The translations under genes and the position numbers were made by a program. A model generated the notes under the pieces. The model was not told the DNA's origin, did no database searches, and saw nothing but the letters and a program-made list of their open reading frames with translations. A stretch of DNA of 64,000 nt from Carpediemonas membranifera BICM. Lineage: Eukaryota; Protista; Fornicata. This document shows, piece by piece, positions 10,943 to 22,594 of this stretch (the first letter of the stretch is position 1; each line of letters begins with the position of its first letter). The stretch spans positions 62,001 to 126,000 of the forward strand of contig JAHDYR010000064.1 in NCBI GenBank assembly GCA_019828565.1, in the 5' to 3' direction.

Positions 10943-13360
10943 TTTAACGAGCCCCGGTTGAGGTTGTTCTTTATGGTTTGGGACTTCTCAGGATTGTTCG
11001 GTTCAAAGTTATCGGCAGAAGATGCCGCCGTCCTCGCGCGCACGGAAGGAAAGGCCCCCACGGAGCCCAACTGGGATCATGCTGCTTTGAAGGCCGAACG
11101 CTCGTACCCACTACCCCCTCCCGGCATCAGAAGCCTCCAGCTGTGGCTAATGTTGGATATCATCTCGCTCATGACAACCAGAAAGACCTTCACGCAGTCT
11201 GGCGACGGGGATCCGGTGGCGCTCAGCGAGTACCTCCGCCCCCTGACGGAGATTATGCTCGTCAGGGATGTCGAGGGGCCGACCCTCTCCGTCGAGGAGC
11301 TCCAGATCATCCGCAAGAAACTCGCAGCCACGTGCGACATCACCTCCAGTATGTTGCACGAGGTGCCCCTCTACCTCGCGCCGAGGAAGAAGAAGGCTCG
11401 CGTCACGAGCGGCGGGGGTGGCCAGCAGCCGAAGGCCCAGTCCGAAAAGAAGGGAAAGCCAGTGTCTATGAATAATAAACCTGGCAAGTACTCTCTTTCT
11501 GGTCCCGAGCGGCATTGTGCCCCCGATGTTCGTGGCGGCCCGACGCGGGTGCGAGTCTGTACCACAGCGGACGTCAGACACGGACAGGAAGCGACTCCCC
11601 GGCAGGTGGTACGCGCACACGGCGCGCTACCGGACGCCACCTCAGGCAGACCCAGTGCAGAACCGGAGCCCAGGACACCGGCGCCCCACACCGCACCCGA
11701 GGAGGTCTCCAACGACATCGAGGATGGATGGGACGAGTTACCAGCGCCCGGCAGGGTCATCGCCCTCACGTCGCCACGCCCTGAGGCCACGCAGGCCCAG
11801 TCACCGGCCCAGGTGGCATTCACGCCCACCCCAGGAGGAGACAACCCCAGCCCGGCCCCAGCCAAGACCATCCTTGGCATCCCCACCAGGTGGGTTGCGA
11901 CACCCTGCAAGAAGCGCCGCCCCAACCAGCTGGCCGAATTCCGCGCTCATGTCGCGGAAGTCCTCGGCCCCGTCAGGGTCCTTTGGAGCGAGACGCCTCT
12001 CGACTCTGTGGCCGACGCCTTGTCCCGCGACACTTCGATGGACACCGTGAGGGTCGATGGTACGAAGTTCTGGGTCCCCCACAACAGAGCGCCCCTCGTC
12101 ATCCCCGACTGGGTCCCCTGGGCCCACCAGGACGTGGAGTCCACGCCTCGTCTCGTGCCCCACCCCGAATGCCTGGGGAAGGTTCAGGCCTACAGAGGTA
12201 AGAGCCGTCGCCTGCTTCGGTGGGCGAAGGAACGTGCCGCCAATGACGACCCAGTCGCATGGGGCGACGATGCACCCGACTTGTCGAGGTGACTGTCGGG
12301 AAGAACTTCGCCGACTCTTACACCGCAGTGACAGCGGGCTCCACAACATCGCCCTCTCCCCGGTCGAGACGATCACGATCGGGGGCTCTCTCACCGTCAC
12401 CCCGCAGGGCTCCGTGGTTGATATCATCGCCAGGTGGCTAGCACTGCCGGCAGCGATCCGGCCCCCGTCACTCTCTTTCTGTGCGCCCGACTCGAAGTAC
12501 ATCCCGTACTTCTGGACAGTGCTGGGTGATCGCGGGATCCTCATAACGGAGAGAGACTGCAGATGGACCATGAGCTTCGACCTCGCAGAGGCTGACCAGA
12601 TTGAAAGAGCCGCTCGGACTGCAGCCTTGGCCAACCGCCTCGGTAGGTAGTCGGTCGAACCTGAAGCGGGGACCAGGGCCCGCAGGAACGCGGGCGAGGT
12701 CAAGAGAGCTGGCATATTCGAGCGGGACGAGCTGGCGAAACTGACGTCGGCTGTCCTCCGCCCTCAGAAACGACTACCCGGCGAGAACAGCTGCGATGAT
12801 CCTGATGATGATGGTCACCGGTGCCCGCCCCTCTGAGATGAAATGGCGGTACCAGCAGATCACCAACCTCAGCGGTAAGCAGGTTGAGCACGCGTTCAAA
12901 GTTACGATTGACCAAGTCCAACAATGTTTCCCTCGCGGAGAAGAGCATTACCGTTGATCTCCGCACGTGGGCCTCCGACGTTGGCAGGGCTATCAAGAGG
13001 TACATCACGCTCCTGGAACAGCACTACAGACGGAGCGAAGAGAGGCCTCATGCATTGACGCCGGTATTCCCACCGGTCCATCCCGAAGCTGATTTTCTGT
13101 CTAGCGATATCGCTGGAATGATGAACAGGTTACTGCACGACATGAACAAACAGAAGACCGCGTACTCCGGGAGGAGAACCTTCGTGACGCGCTTCTCTAA
13201 CGAGGGGAAGTCGCTCGAGGAGCTCCGTCGTATCCAAAACTATGGCTCGGAGAGCACAGTAGTTGGTTACATAGAGAAAGGCGCCGAAACACAATTCCTG
13301 GAGGGAATTAGCGATTTCCCTGACTCCCCAGAGAGTCAAAGAACGTCCGAATCCGAGTAA
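10943..13360 (+). mobile_element. Non-autonomous DIRS-like element: gag-like ORF, collapsed pol remnant, frameshifted tyrosine recombinase
   Basis: Gag-like ORF from ATG 10973; remnants ADALSR and LVIPDW; YR motifs TGARPSE (~12810-12840) and YSGRRTF...GY (12884-13360). Confidence 0.7.
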
Positions 13361-13511
13361 GTAATCGGCGTCATGCAGCCTCGCACTCGGTCATTCATGG
13401 GCTACCGGGCACTCCTCCCCTAGTGCCCGGACCCGACACGAGGCTGTCCCGGCACCCGAGATAAACGCTGACCCGCGGTGATTTGACTCTACCTCGACTG
13501 CTCCACAACAA

Positions 13512-14591
13512 ATGAGGACGCATTTCAAACGGTGGACGAAGTATCAAGCATGGAAATGGGCTGCAAACCATCCGTGGCATGCAGGATGCAACTATACGCC
13601 TCGGTACGCGATCAACCAGATCGAAATGTGGCATGAAGCTACATTCAACCGTTTGGTTATCGCAGAGGAGCTCGACTGGCTTGTGAAATGCGGCCTAACT
13701 GGCGTTCGTGTCTATCTCCACGATCTCCTTTGGAAAAACGACGCTGAGACGTTCTTCGCAAACATCCGCGCCTTCCTTGATCTTTGCGGCGCTCGCGGCA
13801 TCTCCGTGGTCTTCACAGTCTTCGATGACTGCTGGTACGACCGTGCTACATACGGCATCCAGCCTGCGCCAGTTCCAGGTCTTCACAATTCAGGCTGGGT
13901 GCAATCTCCTGGCGATCGTGTGCTTGCCGACCCCGACCATTGGAGCTATCTCGAAGCGTATGTCCGTGATCTGATGAGGACGTTCGGGGACGACCCCCGC
14001 ATTCTCATGTGGGACCTATACAACGAGTGCGAGAACTTTTATCTGCCAAGCCTTTCCCAGCCCAACCCTACCAGCCTCTTCACCAAGGCCAAGGTCCTCG
14101 CGCGGAAGTTCACGGGCGGGTACAACTCGGAGCTCCTGCTGATCAAAGCTTTTGAGTGGGCTCGCACCGAGAATCCTTCCCAGCCACTCACATCGTCTGT
14201 TTACTTGCCCATACAGCGCCTCAAGGCGACCGTTCTTCAGCTCAGTGACGTTATCACCTTCCACAACTACTCCGGCGCAAAGAGTTTAGTGAAAGACATC
14301 AAGAAATTTAAGCAGCTGGGTCGACCGGTGGTTTGCACCGAGTGGCTGGCACGGCCGTCCAAGTCTCTCGTGCAGACTCACTTGCCCATCTTCAAAGAGC
14401 ACGCAGTGTCCTGTTACAACTGGGGCTTCGTCGACGGCAAAACTCAGACCAAGTTTACTTGGAAGGATCGCCAGTCCGGAGATGAACCGAAGGTGTGGTT
14501 CCATGACTTGCTCAAGAGTGACGGGACACCGTATGATGCTGAAGAGATCAGGGTCTTCCAAGAACTTACTGGAGGCAAGTCGAAGAGCTAG
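13512..14591 (+). CDS. Bacterial-type clan GH-A (GH5-like) glycoside hydrolase
   Basis: NYTPRYAINQIEMW, VRVYLHD, WDLYNE (acid/base), FHNY, CTEW (nucleophile), NWG. Confidence 0.85.
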   Translation: MRTHFKRWTKYQAWKWAANHPWHAGCNYTPRYAINQIEMWHEATFNRLVIAEELDWLVKCGLTGVRVYLHDLLWKNDAETFFANIRAFLDLCGARGISVVFTVFDDCWYDRATYGIQPAPVPGLHNSGWVQSPGDRVLADPDHWSYLEAYVRDLMRTFGDDPRILMWDLYNECENFYLPSLSQPNPTSLFTKAKVLARKFTGGYNSELLLIKAFEWARTENPSQPLTSSVYLPIQRLKATVLQLSDVITFHNYSGAKSLVKDIKKFKQLGRPVVCTEWLARPSKSLVQTHLPIFKEHAVSCYNWGFVDGKTQTKFTWKDRQSGDEPKVWFHDLLKSDGTPYDAEEIRVFQELTGGKSKS

Positions 14592-14710
14592 ACGTCTGCC
14601 GTGTAAAATAATTGTAAAAATAAACTCGTCCCGTTGAGTAATAAGCGTTTAATCGAATCAAACGAAAGTTATGTGCATCGATACATATATACATGGCATG
14701 ACATAATTCC

Positions 14711-17700
14711 TCACATCATCAGTATGTCCATGAGCTGACTATCAGTCGCCCTCTTCCGGTTGTCCAAGTGCGGCGTGCGAGGTGGCTCAACAGCCTCGAT
14801 ATTATAAATCTTGCGGCTGGGAGCGGCACTACGGGACCTCACAGGCGTGGTCGTAAATTCCATAAGAGCACTCGGCAGGGGTCGGGCCGACCGGGGTGGG
14901 GTGGACGGCCGCTTGGGCGTCGAAGCCTCGGGTGTGGCGGGGACAGCTGTATCAGGCCCGGCGGGGACCTGGTTGACTTGTTCAATGTCGCCTGAACCGT
15001 GCTTGGGTGGCTTGCCCTCCTTCTCAATCTTTGTATCTTGAGTGAATTTCACAGCAGACTTCTTCACTGAATCCTGCGGCCACGTTTTCTGCCCGAAACT
15101 CCCGAGATGTTTCCCGCCAAGAGTCCAGAGCTTGACCCGCGTATCCTTGCTCCCAGTCAAAATGAAAGGCTCATCTGACCCTGATGGGGTGGCTAAGTAG
15201 TCTACAGTAACAACAGCGCTGCGGTGGGCCGGGAACGACCGCATCCTGGCCACAGGCGCTGTACAGGGCTCTATGTCCGCGTGGACGGGGTTGTCACGCA
15301 GGAACTCACTTAGTGCGAATGTCGACCATGTTCTTACCCTGCCGCTGGAATGGCCCGTGATGAGGACCTCGTTCGACTCGGATAGAGTAACAGACGTGAC
15401 ACTACGAGCGAGCCTGGCGGTTGCAATGAGGATAGCGCCCTTCTTGACGCTTTGGTCGTGACTGATCGACCAGAGTCGGAGATAATCATCGTCACAGACA
15501 GTGAGGAGATGTCCGCCAAGGTGTTCTGCGAAGAACACGCTTACAACACCAAGAGACTCATCGACCTTGTCGAGATACCCGTCTGTGCCTGCTGGGGTTG
15601 AGTTCGCAGGGACGCCGAGCCTGACTCTTTTGCCGGTGGCATCGAATATGAAGCGGAGGAAGGTTGAATCTGAGTTCCAGACGTAGAAATGGCCGCCGTA
15701 GACGCCGGTCACGAGGATATTGGGCGGATGGAAGGCCATGCAGGTTATGTCGTCGGCGTGGGGGCCAATAACACGCATGGGCGGGATTACTTTGGCGTCG
15801 TGGTTCGCCTCGTTGTCTGCGTAGAGGCTGACGTGACGGTCCCAGCCCGCCACGGCGAACAGCGGAGTAGTGGGGTGCTCGATGTATAGAGCAGCGGCAC
15901 ACTCGCCAGGGTAGACAGTTTCGAGCGTGTTAATCTTCTGCCCGTTGTGAAAATTCCAAACATGCCGCGACCCGTCACTACCTGTGGTGAGCAGACGCCT
16001 GCACGTCCCGTCAAATGCAATAGCAGCAAGCCTGGCGTCTCCATGGGCCTCGCTGTACCTGAACACTAGCCGACCGTCGCTATAATCCCATACGAAGACG
16101 CAACCTGCCGCATCAGTGCTTACTACAACGTCAAACGCAGTGTTAAACAGCGCCTGGGTGATCGGCGCTGAGTGGAGGCTCACCGACTTCTCCTGCTCAG
16201 GGTCTATACGCCAGACGTGTGGGCGATTGCTCGTGGCAATGATCGATGGGCCGTGGCTGTCGAAGAGAAGAAGACCGAGGCGGTCTTCAGGAGCACGGAG
16301 AGGCTTGTCGTGGATGACTTGAGTCACCTGATGAGTTACAGCACTCCAGATCACAATGTCTTTCGTGCCGGGGCAGAGACCAATCAATTGATTAGTTCGG
16401 TCGGCAAATGAGATTGAGCCGACGTGGTGCGTCCTGTCATCGTTCAGGGTGGCAGTAGGCCGGGGAAGATACGGGTTGAAGATCGTGACCACCCAGTCAG
16501 AGGAGCAGGCCGCGATTAGGCGATTGCGGATGCTATAAGACATAGATACGATATTCCGACCAGTGCTGTTGAACACGCGACGTACACCGGTGCACGTGGG
16601 GTCGACCGCCTTGATATGACCGTCAAAAGATGCGGTGATGACCATATCTATATCAGATACGTATACAACCTCCGAGATCCAGTCTGAGTGCAGGTTAAGG
16701 GCGCTGATCATGAGAAGCCTGGCAGCAGCGTTACAGAGCTTGTTTCCGTGCGGAGTGGCTCTCTTCTGCTGCTTTAGGGATGTCTGAGTGACTATGGCCT
16801 GCGAGGCGATGACAGTATTGACCGATCGCCTAAGCGCCGCCAGAGCGTTGCTGTGGGCCTGAGCTGTAGGGCCTTCAGAGTCGGCTGGCACGTCTTCCAG
16901 GGCGAAGTTCGCCTTCTTGGTAATGATCTTGCCCTTCGGCTTGACGGGTGAGCCGCCCCCGCCTGTGGAAACTGCAGCAGTGGTCTTCGGTACGAAACGG
17001 GCGAACGTATGGTTACACAAGCGGGTGTACAGCGCCCTGCTCGCATTCCGCAGGCCCTCAGGGTCGTGGTTGACAGTGGTTCGCAGGTTGTCGATGCTCG
17101 TCTTGTGGTAAATCCACTCGCCGATGTGATTAATACAGACCAGAGTGCCTGCGTCGTCGCCTACCAAGAGTGCGGCGGGCTGGGTGTGGCTCAGAGCTGG
17201 GCGATACGACAGAGAAAGAGGGCTGCTCTCCATGGACGAAATCGACCCGACCGTCTCCCATATCCCGATATCGACAAAATCTATAGATCTATTCACCCGA
17301 CCAAGTGCCAGAATATACACACCGCCGGGCAATGGGATGACGGCCATGCTGCATATCCAACTGGATCCGATTTGCAGTGTCTTGAGCGGCGCCATCGACT
17401 CCTGGGACCAGACTCGGATAGTTCCATCATGTGCAGCGGTAACCAGCCGCTTTCCAGGGAGCACAGTGATGCATTCGATGGCCTCGCGGTGATAAGCAGA
17501 GAGTGAGACGCCCTCGATGTCTGGATTTGGGGTGGGGGTGAATGCGACGTTGCCCTGGCCCATGCCGTCTCTCCCACCCTCCTGGAAGACCATGTAGTTG
17601 ATGAACTCCTCCCAGTCGACGTTCCCGTCGCTGTTGGCGTCGATCTTCATGAAAAGTTGCGTGAGTTCCTTGTCTGACAGACCCTCGCCAAGGATGGACT

Positions 17701-18048
17701 GAAAGGCCTCGACGAACTCCTGTTGGTCTAAGTCGCCGCCACCATCGACGTCTGCACTGTCGAACATGCGCCGCTGAGTGAGGTTGTTGAGGTTGAACGT
17801 ACCAATTCTTGCAGGTGCTGCAAATTCAACTTATCGTCGACGGTTTGCGTCTGAATGTGGAGCGCTTGTGCGCCTGAGAAGGCTTGAACAGCACCCCGTG
17901 TTGAAACACCGCTTCTACTCCCGGAACGGAAGGAGGTGGCCGGGGATTGCCCGAATGAGCGAAAGGACTGCGCGGATACGCCTTCGCGTTGTGTATCCAT
18001 GTCGAGTTTGAGTGCGAAAGAGGTCTCATCAGTGTCGTACTGCTCCAT
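14711..18048 (-). CDS. EF-hand plus WD40 protein (WDR49/CFAP337-like); intron 17774-17802
   Basis: EF loops DVDGGGDLDQQE and DANSDGNVDWEE, then many WD repeats. A phase-0 GTACGT..CAG intron joins ORF 17728-18111 to ORF 14711-17767. Confidence 0.85.
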
Positions 18049-18196
18049 TTCGTCGCACGACACCAGATGCACTTTTCGTCGGTAGTTGCGAAAAATGGCG
18101 ACCCCGATCAACGTAAATCATGTAATTTCGCCACACCGCCTACCCAGCCATGCCAGACATATGCAAACACACCTCATACCATCTCTCACTCTCTCT

Positions 18197-19434
18197 TTAA
18201 TAGTCGTCGCCGGCCGTCAGGATCTCAATGCTGTCCGGAAGTACCATGAACGTATGCTCGTGCTGGGACGTGTAGCTGCCAGCCACATCAGCGAGCGGGG
18301 GATAAGCGTTGACGACCTCGTTGTCCACGAGGTTCTTGAGCCCAATCTGCCAGTTGGTCTGGCCGTCACGCTCGATCCATCGGGGGCACCAGGCAAGCGT
18401 GCTATACTGCTTGCGGAGGAAGCCGAACAGCTTCTTCGCGCTCTGCATACGAATGGCAGGAGGGTTGTCGACGTAGTAGCCGTGGCACATGTAGTGCGAG
18501 CAATCGCCAACTGGGCCGTTCGCGACATCGTGGACAAGGCCCTTGCCGGTAGACGCGAAGGTCTCAAGAGCATACATCTCGCCGACCTTCATACGGTCGT
18601 GGATACCGCTGTTCTTGCAGTTGGGGATCGAACGACCAGCATGCACTTGATACTTGCCGACAGTGTGGCCGAAGAGGTTACGGATTGGCTGGAGGGGGTA
18701 TGTCTTGCCGTCAATGGTCACCTCGTAGGAAGTGATGATCTCTTCGACGAGGTCACCAATATCGGAGAGACAGACCTCCGCGCCGGCCATACGGGTCGCC
18801 TGAGTGGTGGCATCCTTGGATGCGAGGGAGAGGTTGTCGAAGTGGGGCTTCCAGTGCATCGTGCAGGCTGAATCGATGACGTAGCCATCGACGTGCATGC
18901 CGATATCGTACTTCATAATGTCTGATGACTGGATCACCGTGTCATCTCCGGGGTTGGGGGTGTAATGAGCTGCAACCTCGTTGAGGGAAACACCGGTGGG
19001 GAAGGCGATGCCCGTGAAGCCAGAGTGCTTGCCGTCGGAGCGGAGGAGGTCGCGGGCACGCTCCTCGACGTCAACGCAGAAGTCCCAAAGCTTGACACCG
19101 GGCTGGGCCTTGCGGCGAGCGTATTGGCGGATCTCGCGGTGGACTTCAGCGCCCTGACGGAGCTTGTTGAGGGTCTCATCGTACATGCGAGCGTCAAGCT
19201 CGAAGGCCTGTGAGTTCTCGCGAAGCAAAGCCTTTCTTTCCTCGCTGTAGGGGATAACAAGGCCCTTGGGGAACTCGTTGTTGGGGTAGAGCTCGTCGAC
19301 GGGCTTGCTGGGGGGCGTTGTCTGTCCTGTGTGAGAAGGAGGAGAGAAAGCGAGGTCAAACCGTTGGTATACAGAGGAGTTGACTTCTTTTTCTTAGCCA
19401 CTGTGTGAGATTACTGGTGGGTTCAAAGCATACT
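18197..19434 (-). CDS. METAP2: Methionine aminopeptidase 2; introns 19401-19433 and 19327-19361
   Basis: FPTGVSLN.VAAHYTPN, DIGMHVDG..IDSA, GH, ETF, QHEHT. Splicing restores the conserved QTTPPSKPVDELYP..FPKG segment. Confidence 0.95.
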
Positions 19435-19752
19435 GTGTTTCAGGTCGGTCGCGCTCAATGACTCGAGGCGACTTTGTGGCCCATGACGCATGTATGAATC
19501 TCCCAAGAAGCCAACGTCGTGCGAGTCAATATATGGGGTATACTGTTGCTGTAACAGCCGATGGTGGTACGACGGTTGTTTGCCGGAATCTGATCAGTGT
19601 TTGATTGAAAAGTGAAAATGGACAGCCGCATGGCATTCGGATGACACTACACCCTGCAAGACTGTTCTAGCCACGTTCTCTCTCGTGGCTGTCAACCGCT
19701 CGAAAAAAAGATATCCTGCGCGTTGAAGACCCTGGTCTCACAATATCAACAT

Positions 19753-20050
19753 ATGGCCCTCCAAGAGGATTTCGAAGCCGCTGCTGAGGCTGTCCACCAG
19801 ATGACGAAGCGCCCGTCTAACGAGGAGTTCCTCAAGATGTACGCCATGTTCAAGCAGGCAAAGTTCGGCGATAACGATACCCGTACGTCCCTACTAGCCT
19901 TCAAGTAACACAGCCAAGCCCAAGATGCTCGCAAACATCAAGGACAAGAAGAAGTGGGAGTTTTGGATGAACCTCAAGGGCAAGTCGCAGGAGGATGCGA
20001 TGAAGGAGTACATCGAGTTCACGCAGGGTCTCATCGCGAAGTATACTTAA
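19753..20050 (+). CDS. ACBP: Acyl-CoA-binding protein; intron 19883-19913
   Basis: LKMYAMFKQAKFGD in exon 1 and KKKWEFW..LKGKSQEDAMKEYI in exon 2, joined by a 31-nt GTACGT..CAG intron. Confidence 0.92.
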
Positions 20051-20224
20051 TAAACGCATTAAAACGAGTGAAATGGTTGTGATTGGCAGTCTAGAGTGTT
20101 GGCGAGGGAGTGCATCGATGGTATCATGCCATCCTCTACGATTGGCAGGCACACCCTGCCAACCCACACTCAATGATGCACGTTTTCCGCCATTACCGCA
20201 CTGTGTATTTACCCGTCAAGAGGC

Positions 20225-20794
20225 TCACTGCATGCCGCTCGTGATCGTCGCCCGCATACCCCGGCTCGACCGGTTCTTGGGCGCCTTGCCCGCAGTCTTA
20301 GCCTTCTTAGGCCTCTTCTTCTCCGCGGTGGTGATCTTATCCTCATCGATATTGAACTTCTCGCTGATGAGCTCGATCACTTCGTCGGTGAGGTCGCCCT
20401 GGATGTCAATGGACTCTTCGCCGCCCGCAGCCTTGACAGTAGACGCACCGCATGCGAACTTCTTCCTAAAGAGGGTCGCTGCCTCACCAAGGTCGACACC
20501 GAACTCCTCGAGACCGATGACCACGGTGACGAACTTCCTGGAGCCCCGTTTGGACCTAAGGACCTGGATCTGCGAAGCCATCTTCACCTTCTCCTTCTTA
20601 GATGACTTCTTGGGGGCAGATTCGGCGTCCTTCTCGCCTTCCTCGCCCTCCTCGTCGCCTTCTTGCTCAGGCTCCTTGGCAGCGCTGCATTCATTGGGAA
20701 AATCTCCCCAATCACAGTACTCGTGAGGAAGACCGCAAATTTCGCACAGCTCTACCTCCTTGATGATCAGTGTCTCCTGTTCGGAATCGCTCAT
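20225..20794 (-). CDS. DENR: Density-regulated protein / Tma22 (SUI1 domain)
   Basis: CEICGLPHEYC at the N-terminus; KFVTVVIGL..F, KKFACGASTV, IDIQGD. Confidence 0.92.
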   Translation of the reverse strand: MSDSEQETLIIKEVELCEICGLPHEYCDWGDFPNECSAAKEPEQEGDEEGEEGEKDAESAPKKSSKKEKVKMASQIQVLRSKRGSRKFVTVVIGLEEFGVDLGEAATLFRKKFACGASTVKAAGGEESIDIQGDLTDEVIELISEKFNIDEDKITTAEKKRPKKAKTAGKAPKNRSSRGMRATITSGMQ

Positions 20795-20939
20795 CGCTTC
20801 TAAACGATTTACGGTTTAATCGAGCACACATAAATGCTCCAGTCTTGCACTTAGTGCCTACCCGGACAGTAGACTCGGTCTACATGACCTCAGTGAGCCT
20901 AATTAGCCATCCCGCAGTTTACGCAAGGTGATTGGGCCA

Positions 20940-22478
20940 ATGGCGAAGAAGAGAGCAACTACGCGTCAAGAGGACTCCAGCAGCGGCTATTCCTCTTCAT
21001 CTGATTCAGATATTGAGCATGTTATGACGGAGGAGGTTCAGGAGCAGTTCAAACGCACTCTGGAGGCTATCAAGCGCAAAGATCCTGCCATTTACGACGG
21101 AAAGCTTGCTGGTGGCAAGGCATCCATCCTTCAAAACAAAAAACCTGCCTCCAGTGACAAGAAGATCTCATTCGCGGACTGGCAGATGCAGAGCTTCCAC
21201 CATGCCGCCCAAGAGAAGGGGCACTTCGACAGCGACGACGACGACCTCGACGAGGACCTCAGAGGCCTCCCCAACGCTGTTCAGGAGCAACGTCTTGCGG
21301 AGCAGCTTATGGGCCTTGATTCAGACGACGACGAGGGCGACGGAATGTTCATGACTCGGGAGCCTGAAGGTCGGACCAGAGCTTCTGCCGACGAGGAGGA
21401 GGCGGCAGCACAGTTTATCAAGGATGTCGTGACGACAGACAGTGTGAAGGTAGAGGTACCAGCCACTGCCCGGTCCGAGGGTGTCAATGAGGACGCAAGC
21501 GACGTCCAAACAACCATCGTCGAAGGCTCCCGGCTTTCCAAGAAGGAGCTGAAGAAGATCTCTATGTTTAGACACGAGGAAGCTGGGGCCGATCGCCTAG
21601 TCACTCGCATGCCTGAGGAAACTCTCAGAAAGAAGAAGGAAAAGAGAAAAGAGAAGCGGCTGCGGCAGGAGGCTCGCAAGGAAGAAAAGCGCAAGCAGCA
21701 GCTAGTGGAGCTCCGCAAGCTCCGTAAGGAGAAGCGTGCCGAGCTTGTTGCCCGCCTCAAAGAGCTCGTGAAAGAAGGCGATGTCGACCCCGCCACGCTC
21801 ACCACGCACCCACTCCTCCGCGAACTTGGTGATATCGGCCTGGACGACCTGGACGAGATCATGGGGGAGGTGTATGACGATTACTACTACGGAGACGACG
21901 GAGTAATGGAGAAACCCGTGTTTAGTGACGACGATGAGATGATGATGAATGATGGCGATGAGGAGATGGAAGAAGAGTCGAACGCCGATGCAGACGCAGA
22001 CGCAGATGCCGATGCAGAAGACGCGGCCCGTGCAGCAAGGAAGGAGCGGGCACAGGTGAGAGAGTACAGCAAGGTGCAGCTCGACACCATGTTGGCCGAG
22101 CTGAACTCCATTGAGCACGAGGATGTTGTCGGTGGGATCCCCTGCCGCTTCCACTATGTCCAGGTCGCCCCGGAGTCGTACGGCATGAGTGCTGAAGAAA
22201 TACTCGACTCCGATGAAAGAACACTGAACTCTAAGGTCCCCCTTGCTATGCTTGCACCCTATGCTGCGGGAAAGAACGACAGAGAGCTCAAGGCACATGC
22301 TAAGAAGACTCTGGTGGACAGGCGCGTGCGGGAGAAGGCTGCGAAGAGGCGGGAGAAGATCAAGGACGGTAAGGTCATGGTCAAGGCAAAGGCCAAGCGC
22401 CTGGGCGATGGACGGAAGGTCAGTGCGGCGAGAATGGACGCTTATGGCCTGACTAGCCAGCGGAAGGGCAAGAAGTGA
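20940..22478 (+). CDS. KRI1: KRI1-like 40S biogenesis factor
   Basis: TLEAIKRKDPAIYD, FRHEE, charged coiled coil, and RFHYVQV.PESYGMSAEEIL...LN..VPL..LAPY. Confidence 0.88.
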   Translation: MAKKRATTRQEDSSSGYSSSSDSDIEHVMTEEVQEQFKRTLEAIKRKDPAIYDGKLAGGKASILQNKKPASSDKKISFADWQMQSFHHAAQEKGHFDSDDDDLDEDLRGLPNAVQEQRLAEQLMGLDSDDDEGDGMFMTREPEGRTRASADEEEAAAQFIKDVVTTDSVKVEVPATARSEGVNEDASDVQTTIVEGSRLSKKELKKISMFRHEEAGADRLVTRMPEETLRKKKEKRKEKRLRQEARKEEKRKQQLVELRKLRKEKRAELVARLKELVKEGDVDPATLTTHPLLRELGDIGLDDLDEIMGEVYDDYYYGDDGVMEKPVFSDDDEMMMNDGDEEMEEESNADADADADADAEDAARAARKERAQVREYSKVQLDTMLAELNSIEHEDVVGGIPCRFHYVQVAPESYGMSAEEILDSDERTLNSKVPLAMLAPYAAGKNDRELKAHAKKTLVDRRVREKAAKRREKIKDGKVMVKAKAKRLGDGRKVSAARMDAYGLTSQRKGKK

Positions 22479-22594
22479 GCTTGCCGCGGATAAATGGAGC
22501 TTCAGTGTCGATGGGGTTGTTTAAAAAACAAAAAATTGAAATCAATGAGCTATTTATAACCGATCGAACTTGAATTGTTAACAACACAGGGTGT

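Noticed and set aside
21983-22022. Hexamer-like repeats
   Set aside because: They encode a low-complexity (AD)n tract within KRI1.
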